64,000 bases of DNA from Octopus vulgaris (lineage: Eukaryota). The notes under the pieces are model-generated. The model ran no database searches and had not been told where the DNA came from. It saw only the letters and a list, made by a program, of their open reading frames with translations. The position numbers and the translations under genes are program-made. The stretch lies in contig OX597821.1 of NCBI GenBank assembly GCA_951406725.2, positions 33,046,001 to 33,110,000 on the forward strand, in the 5' to 3' direction. Shown here one piece after another: positions 15,400-30,072 of this stretch; the first letter of the stretch is position 1, and each line of letters begins with the position of its first letter.

Positions 15400-15471
15400 T
15401 CCCACTGATGAAGACTGGCCTTCAGCAAATATATTTTTTTCTTGGAAATAGTTAGAAACCATGGTCTGGGA
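15400..15471 (+). ncRNA. Minimal type I hammerhead ribozyme in a small element between (TA)n tracts
   Basis: UCCCA-CUGAUGA-AGACU...AGUUA-GAAA-C-CAUG-GUC^-UGGGA; palindromic loop CAUG. Confidence 0.8.
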
Positions 15472-15615
15472 AATAATTGAGATGATAAACGTTTTTAATT
15501 TTCATTCCTTTCGAGAATTTATCCTTAATTGGTGGTTTGAGTTTTCTACTGCTCTTTCTAGTACAAGGCTTTCCTATTTGGAAGCCTCTTGTATTTCTAT
15601 GTATGTCTCTCTCTC

Positions 15616-15667
<52 letters not shown>

Positions 15668-15776
15668 ACTTATATGTATTAATATTCTATACATACGTAT
15701 GTAATGTATGTATTATGTATGTATGTATTATGTATGTATGAATGTAGAGAGGGAATAGAATTGCGAAAGTACTTAC

Positions 15777-15825
15777 GGTATAAGTCGCTACTTTCCGATG
15801 TTACACCCTCTGCTAGTCTCTCTAC
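15777..15825 (-). CDS. PEBP-like protein A, coding exon 3
   Basis: cttttcag|GTA...TAC C|gtaagt, 49 nt, phase 0-1. Encodes VERLAEGVTSESSDLY(P), positionally equivalent to GADLKKGKIQGQELS(A) of PEBP4, and supplies the phase required by exon 4. Confidence 0.8.
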
Positions 15826-16149
15826 CTGAAAAGATTACCAGCTTACTGCATATATACAAGTCACATAATATAATTATATCTACATTTGTCTGTGTATATG
15901 TATGCGTAAATGCATGCGTGAGTGTGTGCGTGTGCGTGTGCGTGTCTGTGTGTGTGTCTGGGTGTGTATGTGTAACTGTATGTCGTTATAAGAAAAGCAT
16001 AGAAAAAATGTAAAATGAGATTATATATATACATACATATATATATATATGTATGTATGTATACTTACATACATATATCATCACATTCATTCATATATAT
16101 ATGTGTGTATATACATATATATATATATATATATATAATGTGTGTATAC

Positions 16150-16236
<87 letters not shown>

Positions 16237-16272
16237 GTGTGTATACATATATATACATATATATATATATAA

Positions 16273-16376
16273 CTTAGAATAACCTATTCGGTCATATAGT
16301 AATATAATAAATAAATAAAATATATGCATATATACATACATATATGTACATACTTACATCTACATGTATATATACA

Positions 16377-16420
<44 letters not shown>

Positions 16421-17240
16421 TACAGGACACCACAAATAAACGTAGAACACAACGAGAGACGAGAACATAAAATCAAACAAGGAAACGGACTTTTTTTAAA
16501 CAACGAAAAAACAGAGTACAGGACAAACAATACAAGGAAAATTCCCCTTCATCAGCTGTCCCCTGGTTCGACTCAAAGTATGTTTCGAAGGTAAGGACAG
16601 AACACAGTCGAAGCAGTCCTTCCTGCAAAAGGAATTAAATAAAATTCTTTTGCAGAGGGGTAAAACAAGTGACAAAAACAGGACGTAAAAGCAATACAAA
16701 TGAAGAAAAAACAATACAAATGAAGAAAAAACAGTACAATAAAGAAACAGGACAGGACGGTGGAAAAATTAGTTAGAACGCATGTGAAAAATCGGCTTAC
16801 GAAGGACAGAGAAGTCGATCTATACTTGTTGAAGGGTGAAGCTGAAAGAAAGTTTTAGCAACCCTCTGGTCAGGAGGAGGAGGAGGTGAGAGAGAGAGAG
16901 AGAGGGGGGAAAGAAACCAGAAGGGTGAAAAATAAAGAAAGTTTTAGCAACCCTCTGGTCAGGAGGAGGAGGAGGTGAGAGAGAGAGAGAGAGGGGAGGG
17001 AAGAAACCAGAAAGGGTGAAAAAGAAGGAGAGACGAGTAGAGAGAAAGACAGACAGACAGGGAGGAAAGGTCAAAGAGTGCGCGTCGTGATGATTCAAAT
17101 TAAAACTTGAAGAGAAATAACACGTGCGTTCGGTCATATAGTAACTCTGTTTTTTCGTTGTTTAAAAAAAGTCCGTTTCCTTGTTTGATTTTATGTTCTC
17201 GTCTCTCGTTGTGTTCTACGTTTATTTGTGGTGTCCTGTA

Positions 17241-17276
<36 letters not shown>

Positions 17277-17397
17277 TGTATATATACATGTAGATGTAAG
17301 TATGTACATATATGTATGTATATATGCTTTTATTTATTTATTATATTACTATATGACCGAACGCACGCATTATTTCTCTATTTCTCTTCTCCAAGTT

Positions 17398-17400
<3 letters not shown>
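16273..17400. mobile_element. Element with about 230-bp inverted arms between (TA)n tracts (PLE-like architecture)
   Basis: About 16287-16517 is the reverse complement of about 17144-17361, including an internal (TA)n tract; about 100-bp internal tandem duplication at about 16830-17025. Confidence 0.6.
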
Positions 17401-17468
<68 letters not shown>

Positions 17469-17899
17469 ACATATATATATATATACATATATATATACAT
17501 GCATGCATATATATATATATACTTCTTCTTCTTCTTCTTCTTCTTGTATGTGTGTGTGTGTATTTATGTACGTAGCCCAATCATTCCTATGAATCTTCTA
17601 ACATTTGTCTTTTGCTGGGGACAAATGTAACAAGTGAATGTTCTGGTGTTTCCCTACCCATCTTCACTACCCGTTGTTTTTACATATATTTCCTGGTGGC
17701 AGCTTTCCCCTATACCAGATAGTTTGCTATTTTCGCCCAGGACATCTTTCTTTCGCAGATACCTCTCGAACTGGATGACCAAGCTCTGACATTATTGATC
17801 CTCTGAAAATTATAACTGAGGAGAAATCCAAAGCAAACTGTACGAGAATTAGTAAAGCAGTTCGAGTTAAGTTTGCCCTTCGATCATAAAACACCTCGT

Positions 17900-18795
<896 letters not shown>

Positions 18796-19838
18796 AAGAT
18801 ACATACATACATACATACATACATACATACATACATACATACATACATACATACATACATGCATGCATGCATGCATGCACGCATGCATACATACATATAC
18901 ACTAGCTGACATACATACATACACACTAGCTGACATACCCAGTAATTTCCAGGAAAGCGGGGCTTATCCCTTGGTTCCGTTTTCATAATTGTTTCGCTAA
19001 TCCAGTAACAACAATACAAAGTATGTAGCCCTTAAAACGGTTTTTGTGCATTTATTGAGAATACCGAACTGTCTTACACAGGATCTTGCTTTTAGGAATT
19101 CCCAATGAGTTATGAATACCCAAATTGTGAAGTCAGTTACGTAATAACATGAAATTAATTACCCGATAGTAAGAATTCAAATAAAGTAGCCCCGAAAAGG
19201 ACTTTAATGCGTTCCCAGAGTATATAGGAAACACTAATAAGAGATGTATTCTAAAATCGTGAAGCATATTACGAAATAACAGGCTAATCAGATGTGAGAC
19301 AATAATTGAAAGTAAATAACTCTGAAAAAAGCTTTTGTGTGTTCGCGGAGAAAATTACCCTCAGCGGCGCTAGTGTTGGTATATTCGTGAATAAGTCACT
19401 AACTGAAATAAGTGGATCTATTGTTTAGGAAAATACTATATACTTGTTTAAGCGTTGTACTGGATAAGTTGCAAAAATAACTCAAATAGTTCAAATGCTA
19501 AGAAATAAGAATACTCAATTTGATTTATACGAAATAATTTACGTACATGAATGGGTTATTTCCTTTGGCTATATATAAGGATCACTTTCAAGAGAGAATA
19601 GATTATTTCCCTTGGATGTTTAAAAATAATATATTAGTTACATGTAGTAGATATAAGAATCCCTTCCAGGAGGCGTATTATCGATTGTTTCAACAATCTA
19701 AGTATGTCACTAGTTTTCCAGACATGAGTTCTACTCACGTGTCAAGTTTCATCAAAATCAGATAAAACTATGTAGGAGGAGTTAGATAACAACGCCACAA
19801 ACATACCCACAGATTTCCACATATGTAGTAGATTTATG

Positions 19839-19892
<54 letters not shown>

Positions 19893-19930
19893 TACATTTA
19901 TATATATATATATGTACATATATGTATGCA

Positions 19931-20088
<158 letters not shown>

Positions 20089-20166
20089 TTTTTACCGATG
20101 CATGTGCACCTTGATGCACGCACACCAGTACAAAAATGCATTAACCAATCCGGCATCAATACTTAC

Positions 20167-20295
20167 GGAAAAATTTAATTTCATCCAATGCAGGTGATCA
20201 GTCGTGTGGGAATATGTATGATATTTCTCTATGAAATGCATGTCTGGGTCTGTCATAATCAAGATGTACCTTCTATATCTCGGGCTTTGAGAAAA
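20167..20295 (-). CDS. PEBP-like protein A, coding exon 2
   Basis: ttcttcag|TTT...TCC|gtaagt, 129 nt, phase 0-0. Encodes [20 protein letters not shown]...[10 protein letters not shown], matching the PEBP YxLxMxDPD and HW motifs. Confidence 0.9.
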
Positions 20296-21669
20296 CTGAA
20301 GAAAAATATAAAAATACATGAGAAAAATTAATTTTATGTATGTGTGTTTGAGTGTGCTTGCATACATATATACATGTATATATATATGTAAAAAAAATAC
20401 AAACTGGGACAAGGATGCAAAACATTTAGAAGACGATACAAAAAACACGGACGGGACATTCGAAGCCTTCAATCTTCAGTCAAGAACCGGATCATCCTCG
20501 CAATTTCGGCTGATTAATCTTGAGATTGCTCCAATCTGGCCAGCCCCAAGGAAAATCTAAGCTAAGCGCATTAGATTCCTTGGAAGAAAGCTTCGAATGT
20601 ATACAAAACAAGGACGGAAAAACGGACGATGTTACACGAATATGAATACAAAAATACGTAAAAACAATAATAATAATACATAAAAACAATAATGATAATA
20701 ATATATATGCCAATGTCACCCATAAGGGCAACTTTTCCTATATGGGAAAATGCAATGGGGGATAAGAAAGAATTAGAAATATGTAAAACAAAACGGCTGC
20801 ATGATCTAAAGTTACTAAGTTTAGACGTGGTAACCATCAGCGAGACCAGGGTTTCTGTGACGCACTTGTTCACCCACATTTTTGCCGACTAAGTTATTTG
20901 CGAATCAACTGACAGCAGAGCTGTTTTGGAATAGCTTGGCACGATCTTCGTAAAACCAAATGGTAAGTCAAAGTTCCAGAAGATGAGCAGCACCGAGTAA
21001 TGGTGTTTTAAGACCTTTAATCGTTTACTGGGCCTCAACGACTGATATTTTTACAAACTTTCAGAAACTTTCCTAAGAACATCTCGCTCATTAGTGTTAC
21101 AGAACAACTGGAACAATATCTTAAACGCAGGGATTTTTTGAAATAGCTAAAATATGAATGCATGTGCCACATTTTCGCAAACTTTCTCAGACAATTCCAA
21201 CACTCTGACAAGCATTGTCTAAATATCCTAATATTCAATGGTGGACTTGAAAACCGGAGCGTGTTCGTTATGTGAACCAATGGGCTCGCAAAGAAGATCC
21301 CCCTCCGCATACACCACCAACAGTAATATCAACAACAACCGAGATCACAGCAAAATAAATAAATTGCTTTCACACTTTCAACACAATTCGATCCTCCATA
21401 TGCTGAACAGACCAAGGACGACCCATAAAAGTTCGAATTGCATGTAGTTCAAGAGCAGCCAAGAAGGAAGAGAGGACAACTCCAGCAGCCTGATCCCCAG
21501 AACACAAACGGCTGAACACCAGGCTAAACAAAAACGATAACAACTTCAGTAGCAGCCACAGCAACAGAAGCTACAACAAAAGAACAATCGTATCAGAAAA
21601 GAAACTAGAGACGAAGTAACAACAACAATAACAGCAACTAAAGCAGGTACAAATACAGCAGCAGCAAGT

Positions 21670-22035
21670 GGAGGCGAAATGGCCCAATGGTTAGGGCAGC
21701 GGACTTGCGGTCGGAGGATCGCGGTTTCGATTCCCAGACCGGGCATTGTGTGTACTTATTGAGCGAAAACACCTAAAGCTCCACGAGGCTCCGGCAGGGA
21801 GTGGTGGCGACCCCTGTTGTACTCTTTCGCTCCAACTTTCTCTCACTCTTTCTTCCTGTTTCTTGTCCCCAACTTCCTACGCAACCGCTGAGCCTGGATG
21901 CGCATTCGGCCATCCGTCGATGCTCTCGGTGTCGGGGGTTGACCTGCTTTTTCTTCTGCGGGTCTTACGAATAGCAAAGGACCATGTTTCGGACTTCTCC
22001 CATCTTGCCAGCTCTGGGACGAAGACCGTTCGCTC
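21670..22035 (+). mobile_element. SINE family B-related
   Basis: Same tRNA-like head, different 3' half. Confidence 0.8.
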
Positions 22036-23478
22036 AACAGCAACAGCCGCAGCAATAAGAGCTGGAACAGCTACAAACTCAGCAGCAATAACAATTTAGA
22101 AATGAATCCCTCAGCTACATAGTTCTCCGAAAGGATAGCGAGGAGTTGTTGGAATATGTACGTTCCAGTAGTGAGAAAATGTTCACTTGAGATGAAGTCT
22201 CAGTGACGTAACTGTCTCAAGGAAACCAGAAGAGAGGCTTCTGGAGAGATCTACGTCAAAAGTATATTGCCTCTTAGAAAACATTTTTATCCTTAAAGTG
22301 GGTAACTTGAAAAATATTTTAGACAAAATAATTTTGGAGAGCTCAGGGTAATTGGCCATCATCCTAACTTTTCTTTTGTTTTTTTTTCCTCCTGCTTAAT
22401 TGCCTTTTTGCTGAATGTAAGTAGTATAAATGTACATGGCCTGGGGTCTACTTAGAAACAAAAAAAAAATCTGCTCAACGATCTCGTTTATTTATGGTAG
22501 AAGACGAGTGGAACGGAATTTTGGTTGCTCGCAGGGACAGCGTAGAAATAGCCGACTGGAGTGGATTCAAAAACGTTACAAACCTTCTCAGTCTTTTCCA
22601 CCTGTATGACAGGTTTTGCCTTTATTTCCCGACTGTGCCAACGTGAACAAAGCGTAGTGGGTCATCTAAGTCGTGATTAGAGAAAAATTTCCTTTGGTTA
22701 GCAGACAGAATAAGCGTAAGTTATCCATTGTTTCAGACAGTTTGCTATACGGACCACAATCATGCGGTCTGTACAGTCAACTTGAAACAGACCAGTACAC
22801 GAGAGCCTGGATACGCGAAACTATCTTAAGGACTGGATTACGGAACTAGTAAGCGGGAATTGACAGATGCCATCAACAACCGATGATGAGTCATGCTAAG
22901 TAGAAAAATTAGAGCTGCATAGATTAATTTTAACAAAGGGACACCTATAGAGAATAGCGGGTAAAGAAGTAAGCGGTAATCCAGTTTAGAAGAAGCTCAT
23001 AGAAGGAACAATACATACGGCGTGCTTAGCGGCATGAATAGGTCAACTTTGATTTTCTTCTTTCCGTAGTCGATAAAAATAAAGAACCAGTCAAGAACTG
23101 GATATCGATTTACTTGACTAACCCCTTCGCTCCCCCCAAGAAAAATGTCATAGCCTTCTGTCTAAAATTAGAAACTGTGGGATGACGTCAGCAGCTGGGG
23201 AGCTGACCGGAACTTGGGGCTGATCGGAAGGGGCAGCAGTGACACGCGCGCTGGTAGGGCAGGATTCTGCCTTTCGATCGAGGTCGCCTAGCGAGTAAGA
23301 CGGGCCAGCACGTTGTTGAGGTTGGGAGAAGCAGCTGCTATCTCTAGCGTTCGGGTCGGGTTGTGTTGAAGGATCCATTACCGCTGAAGGGTCTCCATCT
23401 GAGCGAAGAGAAGGTAGGTGCCTTATTTCGAATCTCTCGCATACACCACAGAAACAATTATTATTACTGATAACTTAC

Positions 23479-23676
23479 ACGAAATTGTACTGTAGGCGGT
23501 ATATGTACGTCATTTATTGATACGGCGGCACCACATTTCCTGTATAGTTTCTTCGGGAGAAGAGTGAGTTCTTTACCGGTACAAAAACGATCTATCCTTC
23601 TATAGCGATAACTGTGAACGGTAATGGACGAAAGCAACATAATTAAACAACCAAAAACATTCCGGAAGGACATCAT
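23479..23676 (-). CDS. PEBP-family (PEBP4-like) secreted protein A, coding exon 1
   Basis: ATG at 23676; MMSFRNVFGCLIMLLSSITVHS reads as a signal peptide, followed by RFCTGKELTLLP...CG...VHIPPTVQFR, resembling the PEBP4 N-terminus (FCQGLEVFYP...PIVKF). Ends CGT|GTAAGT, phase 0, 198 nt. Confidence 0.8.
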
Positions 23677-24198
23677 TTTCGGGAGTATTTTTCTTGTTGT
23701 TCTTTAGCTTTCACAATATTTTTCCCTCGATTTTTTTTTTCCGAAAATGCTACCTGAATAATTATATCAATGTAGCTACGAGCGATAGCGAAGTCGTCGT
23801 TGTTGCTTAAGTTGTTTGACATTGATAGCAAATATCTTCTTTTTTTTTTTATTATTTGCTTCGAAAATAAAGTTCATATTCTTTTGAATGCTATCCTTCC
23901 ATTTTTGACAACGTTACTATTTATTTGTTTGGTGCTGAACTCTGTTTTTTTTACGCGCTCGTGCCAAAGATGTGCGCATGTGAGTGGAGGCGTTTGTGTT
24001 TAAGTATAACGTAACGATGTTTTAAAACATATCTACACACACACACAGAGGGAGGTAGAGAATGGGACCATGGTTAAGAAGTTCGCTTCACAATCACTTG
24101 TTTCCAGTTCAACCGCACTGAGCGCCACCTCGGACAAAACAAAGCTTTCTGAGTGAATCTGAGAGACAGATATCGTGCCCACTCTGAGTGTATGTGTG

Positions 24199-24229
<31 letters not shown>

Positions 24230-24239
24230 TCTCTCCTAC

Positions 24240-25620
24240 AGACTGTGCTTCAGCGACGGCCAACAGCGATTTCGTTATCATGGCTGGAGACTTTAATGGC
24301 TAAGCTGGTCAATAACACGATAGCTTCCGTGATGTCCATGGTACGAGGAATGGGGAGGGTTTTGAAGCTCTTAGAGTTTTGTGATGCAACCAATCTAACA
24401 ATTTGCTGCACACACGTCAAGAAACCAGCCAACCACAGAATCAACGACCAGCCTGTCGTACATAAAATCAGATTTCAACCTCACCAGGATAAACGATAAT
24501 CGATGTGATGCTCAAAATACCTGGCGAAGTTTGATACATGATAATCATCTAAATATTTAGGTTAAACTAAAGCGTTAAACCCGGTCAAAAAAACAAAAAA
24601 AAAATTGTGTAATAGGTGTAAAACAACTTCCTCTAAACGAATATGAAAAAAAAAATGCGCGCACGCACATTTTTTAGCCTAAATTTAATCATGTAGAAGA
24701 GGAATGTGGGATATTTTCGGTTTGAACGGCAGTTTTTAACATAATTTCTGAGCAACTAAAAAATTTTAAACTTCGTATACTGGTAGAATGTGTTTATAAA
24801 ACATCTTTTTGTCTTCACTTTATTGAGAAAATTCTATAGTTTGTAAGATATTTGTTGTTTTTTTTCTTCAGTTTCTGAAATTTCAACCAATCAGTGACGT
24901 CCATTGAGGTAAAAAAAACATTCTGTGCCGTATGAATATGTCCCTCGTTTAAGAAACAGATTGGGTTTATTTACATTTGTGAAGAAAAAAGATACCCGTC
25001 CCCCCACCCCTAATCCTAACCCTAAAAGAGATTGAAATGCAATAGATCGATACTATGGTCATAATTATGGGTGACAATTTCATATGACACCGCTAGAAAA
25101 AACTGCCGTTCAAACTGAAAAGATCCTTGTAAGCTGCTACAAGGACAAAGGAGATCCAATAAATAGAAGGAGTTACAGAGGTATCGAGTTATTGGAGGGA
25201 CCAGGCTATTAAGTTCGCGGAGAGTCACAGCACAAATAGTCAGGAACAGAATTAGTCTTGACGAAATGCAGTTTGGTTTTATGCTCGAAAGAAGTGCGAT
25301 AGATACCACTTTTCTAATAAGACAACAAACCACTTTATTTGGTTTTCATTGACTTAGAAGAAACCTTTGACGCTCTGTAATCCAGAGGGGGACTCAAGGA
25401 ACAAGGTGTAAATGAATGGCTTGTATGGTTTTGTACAAGCTATGTACAAAGAAGCAGTGAGTGAAGTGAAAGTCAACAATGTGTTCAGCAATGAAGGTAG
25501 GAGTCCATCAACATTCAAAGCTTAGCCCTCGGCTATTCATCATAGTCTTACAAGCCATCACAGAGGAGTTTAAGATCAGCTGCCCGTGGGAAATTCTATA
25601 CACTGATGATCTAGTGGTAC
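24240..25620 (+). mobile_element. Decayed RTE-like LINE fragments (APE and RT pieces) interrupted by a MITE
   Basis: IMAGDFNG and LLEFCDATNLTI (endonuclease); LDEMQFGFM, GVHQHSKLSPRLFIIV, EILYTDDLVV (RT). Confidence 0.7.
24709..25126. mobile_element. Same MITE family
   Basis: Both TIRs and shared body. Confidence 0.9.
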
Positions 25621-26006
25621 TACTAGCGAAGACTGGATCCGGTACACACAGTCGCGCGTCCGCGCTAGCTAGTCGAAAGTAGTCGATCCTACGACTTGCG
25701 AGTATGCAAATGAGTTGATTTTACAGAATAAAATAAAAGAATTTTTTAAAGAAAGTAAATAAATTATTTCTTAGAACAATGTATATGATTTTTTTACACA
25801 AATCAAATAAAATGTGTGTGATATATTCTTTTAGTTTCCATATTCTTTAGTTTTTAATCATGTGTGTGTGTGTGTATATACACACCAATACAGATATTAT
25901 ATATGTGTTTATGTGTAATATATTCTTTTACTAGTTTTTAGTTTTTGGACAGCATCCATAGTAAGTACATCATTCAGGTATATATGTATGTGTGTGTGTG
26001 CGTGTC

Positions 26007-26387
26007 TTTTAACATAATTTCTAGGTAACTAAAAAATTTTAAACTTCGTATACTGGTAGAATATGCTTTGAAACAGCTTTTTCTCTTGGCTTTATTGAGA
26101 AAATTCTATAGTTTATAAGATATTTGTTGTTTATTTTTCTTCAATTTCAACCAATCACTGACGTCTATTGAGGTAAAAACATTCTGTGCCATATGAATAT
26201 GTCCCTTGTTTAAGAAACAGATTGGGTTTATTTACATTTCTGAAGAAAAAAGATACCCTTCCCCACACCCCTAACCCTAACCCTAAAACAGATTGAAATG
26301 CAATAGATCGATACTAGGGTCATAATTATGGATGACAATTTCATATGACACCACTAGAAAAAACTGCCATTCAAACCGAAAAGATCC
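26007..26387. mobile_element. Same MITE family, left end missing
   Basis: Body and right TIR. Confidence 0.85.
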
Positions 26388-27976
26388 ATAATATGCACTA
26401 AGAGCATACTATAAGTAGACTCTCCTAAACACCTGCCTTTCCAGCCCACTTGAAGTAGCTTCTGTTATTTGGCAATAAAGGTTTTCAGTTTGAAAGGCAG
26501 GAACTTTGTGTTAGAACTGTGATACTGTAAGACAGTGAGGCATGGGCTTTAAATGCACCACTTTCATCCTTCTGCATGATACGCTCCAATGTCATCCTTC
26601 TCCACTATTGGTCATTGCTCTTCTCCTCTCAGAGCCACTTGCATTGTCACCTGTCATCTACTCTAATCTTATCACGCAACTTTGTCAACCTTTACTGTTG
26701 CCAATCACTCCCTACCTGACTCCATCCCAAAGAAGTCAGCTGCTTACATCAAATTACAGCTCCTGTCTTCCACCAAGCCATCCTGGTCCTTCTGATGTCA
26801 TCACTCTCTCCTAATCCCTCCTTGGTCATCTGAACACCTCTAAATGCCCTATGTTGAGTACTCTTAGCACTTACTTTCTCCCCTTACAGCTCCTGTCTTC
26901 CACCAAGCCATCCTGGTCCTTCTGATGTCACCACTCTCTCCTAATCCCTCCTTGGTCGTCTGAGCAACTCCAAATGCCCTAGGTTGAGTACTCTTAGCCC
27001 TTACACACTTTCTCCCCTGCTCACTCCTATTTCTTTTTTTTTTCTTACCTTGATCTACATATCTCACTGATTAATCTCTTCATAGCCCTATGTACAAGGC
27101 AGCATACTTCCTGTATTGGTTCCACAACAGACGGCAGACCAACTATGCTCTCTCAAGAGTGGCAGATGAGCAAGACGATCTTTCTAGAGCTGATACCACA
27201 AAAATGTGCTCGTTACATTCTATAAAGTGGTCGGCAAATGAACAGAGAATGTGTAGGATTCTGAGGATCTTTTTATTGAACCACTCTAGATTTGGTGCCC
27301 ATGAGAATATACACCCAGTACACTCCACCAAAATATCGATGATAGAAAGGGCATCCAGACATAGAAATCCAGGAAATGACATGCACAAGGACCAATCTAT
27401 GACAGCATTAGAAATAAGAAATGGCAAGGTCTGTGATGACCCATCCAACCTGTGCCAGCATAAGGAGTGGACCTAAAAATGATGATGATGAGAAGGAGGA
27501 CGATAATAAGAATGATGATGATGAGGAGGAGGATAAGAATGATGATGATGATGTTCATCTTCTACATGTTGATGTTAACTGAAAAACTGTTAAATATCAA
27601 GAACAGCAACAATATAAACAATTTTATTATTGCATTACAAATAATTAGTAAAATAATAAAAAATGTAAAAATCTATGAAATTTTATTTTTTCTTAAACTT
27701 TAATTTTTTTGTCTTTTTTTTTTAATGATAAATGAGGAAATGATTTCAATTCTTTGCTATTTCAAGCCATTCAGCAATGAAGGGAAAACAGGGGCTTCTA
27801 CAAAGTTGCTAAACCTGCTGCAACCAAATTTCCCTGGAATCACATCCTACTGTCTTAAAAACATTCAAAAATCCTCTTTGAACAATGTAGTCCTAGCTGT
27901 ACAAAAAGGCCAGGAATGGTCACTAGGTGGAACGTCTTTGACTGTAGGCATTACATAATCTAGGCTGAGCTGAGTC

Positions 27977-28394
27977 AGATCTTTTCGGTTTGAACGGCAG
28001 TTTTTTCTAGCGGTGTCATATGAAATTGTCACTCATAATTATTACCCTAGTATCGATCTATTGCATTTCAATCTGTTTTAGGGTTAGGGTTAGGGGTGGG
28101 GGGAATGGTATCTTTTTTTCTTCACAAATGTAAATAAACCCAATCTGTTTCTTAAACGAGGGACATATTCATATGGCACAGAATGCTTTTTAACTCAATA
28201 GACATCACTGATTGGTTGAAATTGCAGAAATTGAAGAAAAATAAACAACAAATATTTTACAAACCATAGAATTTTCTCAATAAAGCCAAGAGAAAAAGAT
28301 GTTTTATAAACACATTCTACCGGTATACGAAGTTTAAAATGTTTTAGTTAACTAGAAATTATGTTAAAAACTGCCGTTCAAACCGAAAAGATCC
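27977..28394. mobile_element. Same MITE family, opposite orientation, 20 bp after the TACO1 stop
   Basis: Both TIRs; 8-bp TSD gctgagtc (27969-27976, 28395-28402). Confidence 0.9.
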
Positions 28395-28414
28395 GCTGAG
28401 TCTAAATGACAAGT

Positions 28415-28618
28415 TCATTCAGCAACGTTATCAAATATTCTAACAACTTCTGGAACAGAATAAATTTTCTCAAACAGTCTCATCAAAAGTTTCATGCCAT
28501 CCTCATTTACAGGATACACTGCTGTTGGGAGATATTCACATTCTGAATAAGTCACATCATGATCTAATTTCTTGAGGCATGATGTCACAGAGGTGATGTT
28601 CTTGGCTTCACAATGGAA
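28415..28618 (-). CDS. TACO1: TACO1 terminal exon 5
   Basis: ctattttcag|TTC...TGA, 204 nt. Encodes FHCEAK...EYLP...EVVRIFDNVAE* (YebC C-terminal V..V(F/Y)xN motif). Joined CDS is 939 nt = 312 aa + stop. Confidence 0.95.
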   Translation of the reverse strand, partial: FHCEAKNITSVTSCLKKLDHDVTYSECEYLPTAVYPVNEDGMKLLMRLFEKIYSVPEVVRIFDNVAE

Positions 28619-28756
28619 CTGAAAATAGAACAAAGATTACATGTGTATCAATACTTTGAAAAATACATTAGTGATGAAAAAAATATTTTGTGAAAAAAGG
28701 TCTGAGATACGTGGCCCACACATGTCTGAGATTGCACAAAATAACATATATATCTC

Positions 28757-29104
28757 TTTTACTCTTACATGCTGGAGCACCACCTTTAGTCGAGCAAATC
28801 GACCCCAGGACTTATTCTTTGTAAGCCTAGTACTTATTCTATCGGTCTCTTTTGCAGAACCGCTAAGTTACAGGGACGTAAACACACCAGCATCGGTTGT
28901 CAAGCAATGTTGGCGGGACAAACACACACATATATATATATACATATATACGACAGGCTTCTTTCAGTTTCCCTCTACCAAATCCACTCACAAGGCTTTA
29001 GTCGGCCTGAGGCTATAGTAGAAGACACTTGCCCAAGGTGCCACACAGTGGGACTGAACCCGGAACCATGTGGTTGGTAAGCAAGCTACTTACCACACAG
29101 CCAC
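28757..29104 (-). mobile_element. SINE family A
   Basis: Reverse complement of family A. Confidence 0.85.
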
Positions 29105-30072
29105 TTTTCATCTCTTTTTAAACTTTAACTCTTTCTCTGTTTAACAACCCATTTTTGGTGTCTGAAGTCATGGTTGCTCTTTCTATTTGCTAAATAAACA
29201 TTTAGACTATGCTTTTAATTCTAAGAACCACACAGAACAAAATGTTTAGTGGAATTTCCTCTAGCTCTTTACATCCTGAGTTCAAATGCTGCCGAGTTTG
29301 ATTTTGCCTTTCTTCCTTTAGGGAGTTGATAAAATAAGTACCAGTCAAGCACTGGGGTCAATGTAATCAACTGCCTTGCTCCCCTCAAAATAATTAGTGG
29401 CCTTGCAAAACAATTTCAACAACACATACACATACATCCAGACATACTCACACAGTTTTTATATATATATATATATATATATAAAAAATAAGAAAATGGA
29501 GGAATAGATTCCTTTCAATCATCAACTTCCAGATAATACCAATTCATATAATTTATTAACTAATTAATTAAATTAAATAGGAACATCCAAATCCAACAGA
29601 ATAAGACAGAATAAAACAATATACATCACTAAGTAAGATAATACCATAAAAATAATACATATAAAATGGATCTTACAGCTGTTTCAGCCTGTAGATATAT
29701 ATATACACAAACACATACACATATACAGACAAACTTATCACTCATCCACATGTTTGCTTGCAAGAGAGATCTTACTAGCAACACAGCTGCTTTTAAAGTG
29801 TTTCTTTTTCATCATGATTCTCGAATAGCAATGGTTTGTATCAAAATCTGTTGGTTTCCAATGCAAAGGGGAACATTCCAAAAGGAAGATGTTTTAAAGA
29901 AGAAGGGATGGGTGTAGGGACCCGTACAGGGCTTGCAAGGATGTTCATAATATGGGTGATGAGAGGATGAGAGATTAGTGAATCAAGAGTGTCTGAGTGG
30001 CCGCATGAGTCCAGACAGCTTTGAGGAGAAGAGGTTATTGTAGTAGTGGTAGAAAAAGTAGAGAGAAGTGAC

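Noticed and set aside
16540-16595. Hammerhead on the minus strand (GAAAC...GUC...CUGAUGA)
   Set aside because: Core words present but stem I cannot be formed in any topology I tried.
20440-20600. Hammerhead in the small element in PEBP-like intron 1
   Set aside because: CUGAAGA and GGCUG...CAGCC-GAAA occur on the minus strand but not in a foldable order with intact cores.
23479-23676. Insulin-like B chain (signal peptide plus C...CG)
   Set aside because: Cys spacing does not fit, and in-phase downstream exons give PEBP motifs rather than an A chain.
26755-26998. About 130-bp tandem duplication
   Set aside because: Ordinary local duplication with no motif or coding signal.
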